A stretch of DNA of 16,193 nucleotides from Vulcanimicrobiota bacterium (lineage in GTDB: Bacteria; Vulcanimicrobiota; Vulcanimicrobiia; Vulcanimicrobiales; Vulcanimicrobiaceae), in contig PKZK01000063.1 in the NCBI GenBank assembly GCA_003133025.1, positions 1-16,193 of the forward strand, read 5' to 3'. Under the pieces are notes generated by a model that worked only from the letters and a program-made list of their open reading frames with translations, had not been told where the DNA came from and ran no database searches. Positions 8,480-14,652 of the stretch are shown here, in pieces. Position 1 is the stretch's first letter; each line of letters starts with the position of its first letter. The translations under genes were made by a program, and so were the position numbers.

Positions 8480-8836
8480 CTACGTTGACCGGCGCAAGGC
8501 TGCGGGCTTGAACGCGAGTGCGTCGTCGACCGAATCGAAAACGCCCATCTGGTGGGCCAGGCCCGTAATGTCGAAGATACGCCGGGTCTGCGTGGCGGGC
8601 GGCACCACCACGGCGAACGCCTCTCCGAGTTCGTTGGAGAGTCGCACCAGCACGCGCAGGCCGCTGCTATCGATGTATGGGCACTCGGCCAGCGAGACGA
8701 TGATGAAGTCCGCGCCGTCGGCGGCTTGATCGAGGCGTTCCCCCAGTGCGTCGGCCGATGCAATGTCGATCTCCCCGCAGATATCGACGATGCGGGCCCC
8801 GTCGTGAAGGCTGAGCTGGGTCAAGGTCTGATGCAT
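8480..8836 (-). CDS. STAS-domain anti-sigma factor antagonist (RsbV/SpoIIAA-like)
   Basis: GEIDIASA...IVSLAECPYIDSSGLRVLV...RRIFDITGL...FDSVDDAL; DSSGL carries the conserved phospho-acceptor serine. RBS GAGGAG upstream. Confidence 0.93.
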   Translation of the reverse strand: MHQTLTQLSLHDGARIVDICGEIDIASADALGERLDQAADGADFIIVSLAECPYIDSSGLRVLVRLSNELGEAFAVVVPPATQTRRIFDITGLAHQMGVFDSVDDALAFKPAALRRST

Positions 8837-8878
8837 CGGTTGGCGGCTCCTCTGCCTGGTTTGTCGCTGACCGCGCCT

Positions 8879-8903
8879 ATACCCAAATTCTCAGCCGGAA
8901 ATC
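8879..8903 (-). promoter_or_regulatory. SigB/SigF-like promoter of the STAS gene
   Basis: Minus strand GATT (8903-8900) - 15 nt - GGGTAT (8884-8879). Confidence 0.62.
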
Positions 8904-8904
8904 C

Positions 8905-8963
8905 TCGCCGGGTCGACCGGCTACAACGGGAGTAGAGGGCCCGTCAGGCCGCCCACCCAGCGA
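8905..8963 (-). other. Long imperfect RNA hairpin (candidate sRNA or leader structure)
   Basis: Minus strand UCGCUGGGU pairs with ACCCGGCGA, CGGC with GCCG, and UGACGGG with CCCGUUG, around the loop CCCUCUACU. Several pairs are G-U on the minus strand and A-C mismatches on the plus strand. Confidence 0.4.
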
Positions 8964-9033
8964 TATGCCGCCCGCCTCTTGCCCACGGTCGCGCTAGCCG
9001 CGCAAACGCGCTCGCCCGGCGAGCGGCGTCGCC

Positions 9034-9058
9034 GTTTCGCGCCGCACTCGCGGGGTAA
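9034..9058 (+). promoter_or_regulatory. SigB/SigF-like promoter of the 9092-10118 operon
   Basis: GTTT (9034-9037) - 15 nt - GGGTAA (9053-9058), then GGAGG and ATG 9092. Confidence 0.7.
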
Positions 9059-9091
9059 GCATCGGCACGTGAGTTTCGGAGGGACGAAGGT

Positions 9092-9445
9092 ATGATGGAT
9101 ACGACGGATGTGATCGAGCGCCGCACGAGCGAAGTGGGCGAACACGTGGGGGCCGCAGCGCAGGGCCTGCACCAATTCGCTGATGAGTTGCGCGACAGCG
9201 CCGGCGGCAAGAATCTGTTTTCGGCGGCGGCCGACGAGGTCGCACGCCGCGGCGACGGTCTCGCCGATTACTTGCGCAATTGCACGACCTCGCGGCTGAT
9301 AAGAGATGTGGAGCGCGTCGCGCGACGCGCGCCGCTCAGCGTGGCGGCAGCCGGTTTCGTTGCCGGCTTTGCGGCTTCACGCGCACTGAAGATGCGCGAG
9401 TTGCGCGACGGCTTCGGCGGCGCGCTCGATGGAGAGGCACGATGA
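9092..9445 (+). CDS. Tail-anchored general-stress-type protein (YqjD/ElaB-like architecture)
   Basis: Helical acidic N-terminus, then LADYLR...LIRDVERVARRAPLSVAAAGFVAGFAASRALK, i.e. a C-terminal membrane helix after an RRxP motif. Confidence 0.72.
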   Translation: MMDTTDVIERRTSEVGEHVGAAAQGLHQFADELRDSAGGKNLFSAAADEVARRGDGLADYLRNCTTSRLIRDVERVARRAPLSVAAAGFVAGFAASRALKMRELRDGFGGALDGEAR

Positions 9446-9603
9446 AGAAGATGTGGGAACGCGATCCGTTCAACTTCGCGCTCGGCGCCACGACCGTCGG
9501 GTTTCTGTTGGGCTTGATCGTTCCGGTGACGCGCCTGGAGACCGAGAAAATCCCCGCCGCGGTCGAGGCCGTGCGTTCGAGCCTGCAAGAGAGCACGGCG
9601 TGA
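9442..9603 (+). CDS. Small membrane protein (53 aa)
   Basis: MKKMWERDPFNFALGATTVGFLLGLIVPVTRLETEKIPAAVEAVRSSLQESTA. RBS GGAGAGG; ATGA overlap with the upstream stop and GTGA overlap with the downstream start. Confidence 0.75.
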   Translation: MKKMWERDPFNFALGATTVGFLLGLIVPVTRLETEKIPAAVEAVRSSLQESTA

Positions 9604-10118
9604 GCCGCGCCGCGGGCGCCCTCGCGCTCGGGCTCGCGCTCTGCGCGCTGCCGGCGGCGGGCCGCGCGCAGAGCTCCAACGATGCCACGTTCGTCCGCCA
9701 GGCCGCCGCCGCGAACGAGCAGGCGATTCGCGACGCACGTTTGCAGTTGCGAGCGGGCAGCGGCGAATCGGTGCGCACGTACGCTCAGTCGTTGATCGAC
9801 GACGATTCGCTGGCGCTCGTGATGTTGCGGGCGGCCGCGCGCGACGCCCACCTGGTCGTGCCAGTCGACGCGAGTTTGCCGCCCTCGCCCGTGGTCGCTC
9901 GCGGCGCCGCGCCCGTGGTCAATGCGGTCGCGCCCGATTACTTCCGGGTCGTGATCGCGGATCAACGCCAAATGCTCGCGCTCTTACAGGCTGAGGCCTC
10001 GGGAACGGGTTCGGCCGCGCTGCGAACGTGGGCCGCCGACGAGCTTCCGGTGGTGACGCGACAACTGGCGCAAGCCGAGGTGCAACTCGCCGAAGCGACG
10101 CAGTTCACGCACCCGTAG
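9600..10118 (+). CDS. Secreted DUF4142-like (ferritin-like four-helix) protein
   Basis: GTG 9600 coupled to the previous stop. Signal peptide ending AGRA-Q, then NDATFVRQAAAAN, SESVRTYAQSLIDD, LRTWAADELPVV. Confidence 0.72.
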   Translation: MSRAAGALALGLALCALPAAGRAQSSNDATFVRQAAAANEQAIRDARLQLRAGSGESVRTYAQSLIDDDSLALVMLRAAARDAHLVVPVDASLPPSPVVARGAAPVVNAVAPDYFRVVIADQRQMLALLQAEASGTGSAALRTWAADELPVVTRQLAQAEVQLAEATQFTHP

Positions 10119-10133
10119 GCGCGCGGCGCGCGT

Positions 10134-10922
10134 TTAGATTGCGCGCATGACCATGATCGAGGCGTCGTCGCGCAGGGTACCCGCGGCGTGCTCCTCGACG
10201 CGTGCGAAGAGCACGTCGGCCAGTGCCTGGGCGCCGAGCGGAACGTGCTCGAGCAAACACGCCTTGAGGTGCGCCAGCGTAAACTGTTCGCCGCGCGGGT
10301 TGCGCGCTTCGGCGAAGCCGTCGGTGTACAGCACCACGAAGTCTCCCGGCCCCAGCGGCGCGCGTTGCTCTTCGAAGATCCAGGCGCGTTGGATGCCGAG
10401 CACCAGCCCCGACGATGGCAATTCCTCGACCTCGTCACGTTCGCGGCGGTAGATCAGCGGCGGATCGTGGCCGGCGTTGACCACCGAGAACATGCGGCCT
10501 TCATCCGTGATGGAGCAGAGGAGCATCGAGAAATACTCGTCGGTCAGGAGCGCGTCGGCCATGACCGCGTTTGCCGTCGAGACGACCTCGACCAGCGTGT
10601 GCCCGGCTGCGATCAAGGCGCGCACGACGAACTTCAGCGTCAGCGAGCGCAGCGCGGCGGGCAGCGAACGGCCCGAGGCGTCGCCCATGGCGAACACCGG
10701 CGCGTCGCCGTTGCGCGCGACGACGTCGAGATAGTCGCCGCCGGCGATGCGCGCGGGTGCCGCGCGGATGCCGACGTCGAGACCGGCATAGCGGACATCG
10801 CGCACCTCGAGCAACGTGCGCTGAATGTCGCGCGCCACGTTGTCGAAGTCGTTGAACAAATCGCGGCCGTCGAGCGCGGCAAGCGCTCGACCCAGCGAGA
10901 AGATGTCGACCGGAGGACCCAC
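10134..10922 (-). CDS. Stand-alone PP2C/SpoIIE-family (RsbU-like) protein phosphatase
   Basis: ARDIQRTLL, GGDYLD, MGDASG, VNAGHDPP, GLVLGI, LYTDGFAEARN, DDASI; the metal-binding Asp residues are present. Only about 25 residues precede the catalytic region. Confidence 0.92.
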   Translation of the reverse strand: MGPPVDIFSLGRALAALDGRDLFNDFDNVARDIQRTLLEVRDVRYAGLDVGIRAAPARIAGGDYLDVVARNGDAPVFAMGDASGRSLPAALRSLTLKFVVRALIAAGHTLVEVVSTANAVMADALLTDEYFSMLLCSITDEGRMFSVVNAGHDPPLIYRRERDEVEELPSSGLVLGIQRAWIFEEQRAPLGPGDFVVLYTDGFAEARNPRGEQFTLAHLKACLLEHVPLGAQALADVLFARVEEHAAGTLRDDASIMVMRAI

Positions 10923-10969
10923 GCTGCCTTCCTACCCAGCACTCGTCCGAGCCACCTGCGCGAATTCCC

Positions 10970-10995
10970 GTTTTGGACCGGCTCGATGAGGGCAA
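10970..10995 (+). promoter_or_regulatory. SigB/SigF-like promoter of the Cys/His microprotein
   Basis: GTTT (10970-10973) - 16 nt - GGGCAA (10990-10995) - 10 nt - GTG 11006. Confidence 0.5.
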
Positions 10996-11005
10996 CAATC
11001 GGGAC

Positions 11006-11212
11006 GTGTCCATCGAGCGCCTCATCGTGTGTCCCTGCGAACACGATATCGACCAACACGATCACCGCGGTTGCTTGATCCGCACCTCCGCCGGCCGGTG
11101 CGGCTGCACGCGCCACCGCGACGCGGTGCTCGAAACGCTGCTCAGTTTGGAGCGCGAGGAGATCCGCCGGCAGTGGCTTCCGACGGAACGGCCTGAGCGC
11201 CGTTCGGGCTAG
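11006..11212 (+). CDS. Small Cys/His-rich putative zinc-binding protein (68 aa)
   Basis: MSIERLIVCPCEHDIDQHDHRGCLIRTSAGRCGCTRHRDAVLETLLSLEREEIRRQW...; motif C-x-C-x-H-x4-H-x4-C-x8-C-x-C followed by an amphipathic helix. Start moved from the track's TTG 10973 because the promoter motif overlaps it. Confidence 0.68.
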   Translation: MSIERLIVCPCEHDIDQHDHRGCLIRTSAGRCGCTRHRDAVLETLLSLEREEIRRQWLPTERPERRSG

Positions 11213-13244
11213 GCGCCGCCCGGCGCCGCGGCCGCCGCAATGGCGGGAGGACCGCGCGAGCGTGGCTGCCCCCGCGCGCGCGCCGAACGACGCTGAAATC
11301 CTCGGCGATGCTCGCCACGATGTAGAGGCCGCGCCCGCTCTCACTCAGTTGACTCGGTAACTGCGGCGTCTGGGAACGGTAGCCGGGCCCGTCGTCGAGC
11401 ACGTGAATCACCGGGTGGGTGCCGGCCCAGACGAGCGAGGCTTCGATTTCGCCGTTGGCGTGACGAATGGCGTTTCCCAACAATTCGCCGAAGACCAACT
11501 GCGCGCCGGCGATCTCGTCGGCTTCGAAGCCCGATTCACGGAGCACGTCGGCCAGCGCGCGCCGCGCCTCGACCGCCTGACGCACGTCTTCTGCGGCAAA
11601 CCGCCAGGTGCGAATCGTGCGTCCTTCGGCCACGGGCTCGCGCACCGCGTTCACGCGTACGGTGAGGATCGCGACGTCGTCGCGGGAGCCGTTGGGCAGT
11701 AAGCGGCGGCGTAAGGCTTTGGCCGGCGAGTCGTTTTCGAACAGCGACGGCTTCGCCAGCTCCGCGCGCAGGCGCGCCTCGCCTTCGAGCACGTCGCGCG
11801 TCGACTCGGTCAGGCCGTCGGTGTAGAGCACGAGCAGCGCGTCGCGCGGCACGACGATGGTCTCCGCGTTGCTGCGCAAGTGTTTCCCGCGCAGCCCGAG
11901 GGGCAGTCCCGAGGTCCACAGTTCCGCGATCGTTCCGTCGGCTTCGCGCAGGAAGGCGGGCGGGTGACCCGCGCTCGCATAGGTCAATTCGCCGGTAAAC
12001 GGATCGAGCACGCCCACGAACGCCGTCACGATCCGGTCCGGGTCGTGCGCGCGCAAGGTGCGGTCGGCGGCATCGAGGATGGCTACCGGATCAGGCGTCG
12101 TCTGGCCGACCGCGCGGATCGATTGGCGCATCAGACCCATCGTGACGGCCGCGCTCAAGCCGCTGCCGCAGACGTCGCCGATGGAAACCAGAATGCGGCC
12201 GCCCAGCAACTGCACGGCGTCGTACCAGTCGCCGCCGACCAGCGCTTCGCTGCGGCCCGCCTCGTACACCGCGTCGAAGAAGACGTCGCTGCGTTCGGGC
12301 AGGGTTTGCGGCAATGCTGCGCGTTGAAACGTTCCGGCCACGCGTTGTTCGTGCGCGTAGGTTTCGGCGTTGTGCAGCGCCAGCGCCAGGCGGCGAGCGA
12401 GTTCGCAGAAGAGCGGCAGGTCCGCGTCGCCGAAACGCTGCGCCGTGTTGCGCCGAAACGCAACCAGCACGCCGGCGTTGCGATAGTCCAAGCGGATCGG
12501 CGCGGTTATCGCGCTGTCGGACTCCACGCCGGCAAAAGCATCCTGCGCCACCGGCGAGAGATTGCCGAGCCAATCGGGGCCGAGTTGCGTCTCGACGTAT
12601 GGAAAGCCCGAGCGAGCCGAACGCAACGCGGGCGCGAGCGGATCGAGCACCGTGTTCTGCAGCAATCGAGCCGCGCGCGATGCGTCGTCGCGGGCCCGGC
12701 TCGTCGCGACGATGCGCGTCTCGCCGTCGGCATCGGTTGCCGCGATGAAGGCCCAGTCCGCGCCCGCCGGTACGACGGCGTCGAGCAGCGCCGCATACGC
12801 GTCGGAGGCATCCAGCGACGCGGCCAAGCGCGTCCCGGCGTCGATGAGCAGGCGTAGCGCCGCTTCACTCTGCGCGCGCTCGTCGATGTCGGTCTCGCTG
12901 CCCAGCCATCCGGTCAGTACGCCGTCTTCGAAGATCGGCAGCACCTTGGCGAAGAACGTCCGGTAGCGGCCCGTGCGCGAGTCGAGCAATCGCGTTTCGT
13001 ACGAAAACTCGGCGTGCGAACTGAGCGCGCGGCGCCACTGTTCGCGCACGTACGCACGGTCTTCGGGATGTACCGCGTTCTGGATCCAACGCCAGCCGTA
13101 ACTCGAGGCCGGCTCGAGGCCGGTCTCGCGCTCCCAGCGGTCGTTGGAAGAGAAGCGCTCGCCAAATGCGTCGCAACGCCAAATGATGTGCGGCAACGAC
13201 TCGAGCAAAGGAGACTCCATCGATGAGCGGTGCTTCGCGTCCAA
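11142..13244 (-). CDS. PAS-GAF-PP2C(SpoIIE)-HATPase (RsbW-like) multidomain sensor phosphatase/kinase
   Basis: PAS (LESLPHIIW, VHPEDR, GSETDID); GAF (LAASLD...SAITAPI...FGDADLPLFCELARRLALALHNA); PP2C (FQRAALP, VGGDWYD, IGDVCGSG, SAGHPP, YTDGLTE, DDVA); RsbW-like kinase (ELLGNAIRHA, DDGPG, ESGRGLYIV). Start TTG 13244 or ATG 13220. Confidence 0.93.
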   Translation of the reverse strand: MDAKHRSSMESPLLESLPHIIWRCDAFGERFSSNDRWERETGLEPASSYGWRWIQNAVHPEDRAYVREQWRRALSSHAEFSYETRLLDSRTGRYRTFFAKVLPIFEDGVLTGWLGSETDIDERAQSEAALRLLIDAGTRLAASLDASDAYAALLDAVVPAGADWAFIAATDADGETRIVATSRARDDASRAARLLQNTVLDPLAPALRSARSGFPYVETQLGPDWLGNLSPVAQDAFAGVESDSAITAPIRLDYRNAGVLVAFRRNTAQRFGDADLPLFCELARRLALALHNAETYAHEQRVAGTFQRAALPQTLPERSDVFFDAVYEAGRSEALVGGDWYDAVQLLGGRILVSIGDVCGSGLSAAVTMGLMRQSIRAVGQTTPDPVAILDAADRTLRAHDPDRIVTAFVGVLDPFTGELTYASAGHPPAFLREADGTIAELWTSGLPLGLRGKHLRSNAETIVVPRDALLVLYTDGLTESTRDVLEGEARLRAELAKPSLFENDSPAKALRRRLLPNGSRDDVAILTVRVNAVREPVAEGRTIRTWRFAAEDVRQAVEARRALADVLRESGFEADEIAGAQLVFGELLGNAIRHANGEIEASLVWAGTHPVIHVLDDGPGYRSQTPQLPSQLSESGRGLYIVASIAEDFSVVRRARGGSHARAVLPPLRRPRRRAAPSPNGAQAVPSEATAGGSPRAPN

Positions 13245-13300
13245 ACGGCTACGTCATAGACGCCGAGGGATGGCTCGCTCGCACGGAGTCCGGCGCGCCC

Positions 13301-13326
13301 GTTAGCCCGGAGGCGGTCTCGGGAAC
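13301..13326 (+). promoter_or_regulatory. SigB/SigF-like promoter of the 39-aa acidic ORF
   Basis: GTTA (13301-13304) - 16 nt - GGGAAC (13321-13326) - 9 nt - ATG 13336. Confidence 0.55.
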
Positions 13327-13335
13327 GTGTCGGGC

Positions 13336-13455
13336 ATGATCGAAGAACGTGCTACCGACGACCATGCCTGGGAGAACGAACTGACCGAGGAAGACATGCC
13401 TTCGCCCGAACAGCGCGAGGACGAGGCTCACGAGATCACGCTCGATCCGCAGTAG
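13336..13455 (+). CDS. Acidic microprotein (39 aa), absent from the ORF track
   Basis: MIEERATDDHAWENELTEEDMPSPEQREDEAHEITLDPQ*; 15 of 39 residues are D/E; codons fit the genome's style; promoter motif immediately upstream. Confidence 0.6.
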   Translation: MIEERATDDHAWENELTEEDMPSPEQREDEAHEITLDPQ

Positions 13456-13473
13456 TCCGCGACGGGGTCGGGC

Positions 13474-13647
13474 CTAGAAGTGCTCGTCCTCGGTGGGATG
13501 CTCTTCGTCTTTGTGGTCGTCGGCGTTGGGCTCGTACGAGTTGTCGCCGTAGACGGTTTCCGGCGTCTGGCTGATGCCGGCTACGTCGGCCTCGCGCCGG
13601 GTGAGGGTCGGTTCGTCGTCGGGGCTGCGTTCGATCTCGTCACTCAT
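13474..13647 (-). CDS. Acidic microprotein (57 aa), absent from the ORF track
   Basis: MSDEIERSPDDEPTLTRREADVAGISQTPETVYGDNSYEPNADDHKDEEHPTEDEHF*; 19 of 57 residues are D/E; third codon positions mostly G/C; TATGGT lies 6 nt before the ATG. Confidence 0.65.
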   Translation of the reverse strand: MSDEIERSPDDEPTLTRREADVAGISQTPETVYGDNSYEPNADDHKDEEHPTEDEHF

Positions 13648-13697
13648 ACCGTCACCATACCGCAGAAGGCGCCCGGCGTCACTTGCAGCGTCGTGGA

Positions 13698-14177
13698 CTA
13701 GCGCGCGGCCTCGACGGCCTCGGCCGGTTCGAGCGAATCGAGGGCGCGGCGCAACACGTCGCGTAGCAGGCGCTGGTCGGCGAGACTCAAGTTGGCGATG
13801 GCGGGCGGAGCCTGCTCCATGCGCGCGGCTAGGCGTGCGTGGGCGATCTTGCCGCTGTCGGTGACCACGAGAACTTTGACGCGCCGGTCGTGACCCGCCG
13901 CTTTACGCTCCACGAATCCGCGCGCTTCCAGCCGATCGATGATTGCGGTGACGTTTGAGGCGTCGCAACTGAGCGCCGTGGCCAATTCGCTCATCGTCGA
14001 CGGCTCGTCGGCGACCAAGAGCTTGAGCGTCCACGCCTGGACGGGCGTCATGTCGAAGTCGGCGGCGATCGCCTCGATGTGCGGTTTGCTCGCTTTGGAA
14101 ACTTCGAACATCAACTGCCAGGCCTGCGCACCGGGCGACACGGGCCGACGTCTGGATCGCTTGGGAAGCGCGGTCAC
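13698..14177 (-). CDS. MarR family transcriptional regulator
   Basis: FDMTPVQAWTL...TMSELATALSCDASNVTAIIDRLEARGFVER...DRRVKVLVVTDSG winged helix. Confidence 0.95.
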   Translation of the reverse strand: MTALPKRSRRRPVSPGAQAWQLMFEVSKASKPHIEAIAADFDMTPVQAWTLKLLVADEPSTMSELATALSCDASNVTAIIDRLEARGFVERKAAGHDRRVKVLVVTDSGKIAHARLAARMEQAPPAIANLSLADQRLLRDVLRRALDSLEPAEAVEAAR

Positions 14178-14183
14178 GCAGGT

Positions 14184-14212
14184 ATCTTAGCGCACCTCTT
14201 CGGAACTAGCAA
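14184..14212 (-). promoter_or_regulatory. sigma70-type promoter of marR (leaderless)
   Basis: Minus strand TTGCTA (14212-14207) - 17 nt - TAAGAT (14189-14184) - 6 nt - GTG 14177. Confidence 0.7.
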
Positions 14213-14213
14213 G

Positions 14214-14234
14214 ACTGTTGACTTGGTCAATAGT
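14214..14234. promoter_or_regulatory. Palindromic operator, probably bound by the adjacent MarR
   Basis: ACTGTTGACTTGGTCAATAGT (ACT.TTGAC-N3-GTCAA.AGT) in the divergent marR/doxX gap; contains TTGACT, a possible -35 for doxX. Confidence 0.7.
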
Positions 14235-14274
14235 TGGTGATACAAAGCATTTGCCCCATGCCGGAGTTGACTCG

Positions 14275-14652
14275 TTGACGATCTTCCTCGCCGTCCTGCG
14301 AACGCTCGTGGGACTGGTCTTCGTGGTGTCGGGAGCCGCCAAGCTCTTCCAGCATCAACTTTTCGCGGCAAAGTTCGCCGGTTGGGGTGTGCCCGCGCCG
14401 GATGTTTCGGTGCTCGCGGTCGGTGCGTTGGAAATCGTTTGCGGCGGGCTGTTCGCGCTCGGCGCGCTGACGCGCCCGGTGGGCATGCTGTTGGCGACGA
14501 TCATGGTGGCGGCCGCATATTTTGCAGGCCGCGCGGAACCCGTGCCGCACCTGATCGTGACCCCAATCCTTTTCGTTTTATGCGTGTTCTTTGCGTGGCG
14601 TAGCGGCCGGGTGCCCGGCCGCACACCGCTGCGGCGCCCGGGAGTGCAATGA
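14275..14652 (+). CDS. DoxX family membrane protein
   Basis: LRTLVGLVFVVSGAAKL...FAGWGVPAP...GALEIVCGGLFALGALTRP. Start uncertain: TTG 14275 has GGAG 8 nt upstream; TTG 14251 is also in frame. Confidence 0.88.
   Translation: MTIFLAVLRTLVGLVFVVSGAAKLFQHQLFAAKFAGWGVPAPDVSVLAVGALEIVCGGLFALGALTRPVGMLLATIMVAAAYFAGRAEPVPHLIVTPILFVLCVFFAWRSGRVPGRTPLRRPGVQ

Noticed and set aside
10119..10135. Possible terminator CGCGC-GGC-GCGCG followed by TTT between convergent genes
   Set aside because: Only a 5-6 bp stem, a 3-nt loop and a short U tract in CG-alternating sequence; too weak to call.
13249..13431. 60-aa minus-strand ORF (MSLVLALFGRRHVF...)
   Set aside because: Antisense shadow of the 39-aa acidic ORF; no start signals seen.
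13480..13701. Hydrophobic 73-aa plus-strand ORF (MLVLGGMLFVFVVVGV...) resembling a membrane peptide
   Set aside because: It is the antisense shadow of the acidic 57-aa ORF: GAC/GAG/GAA codons read as GTC/CTC/TTC. The minus frame has the promoter-like signal.
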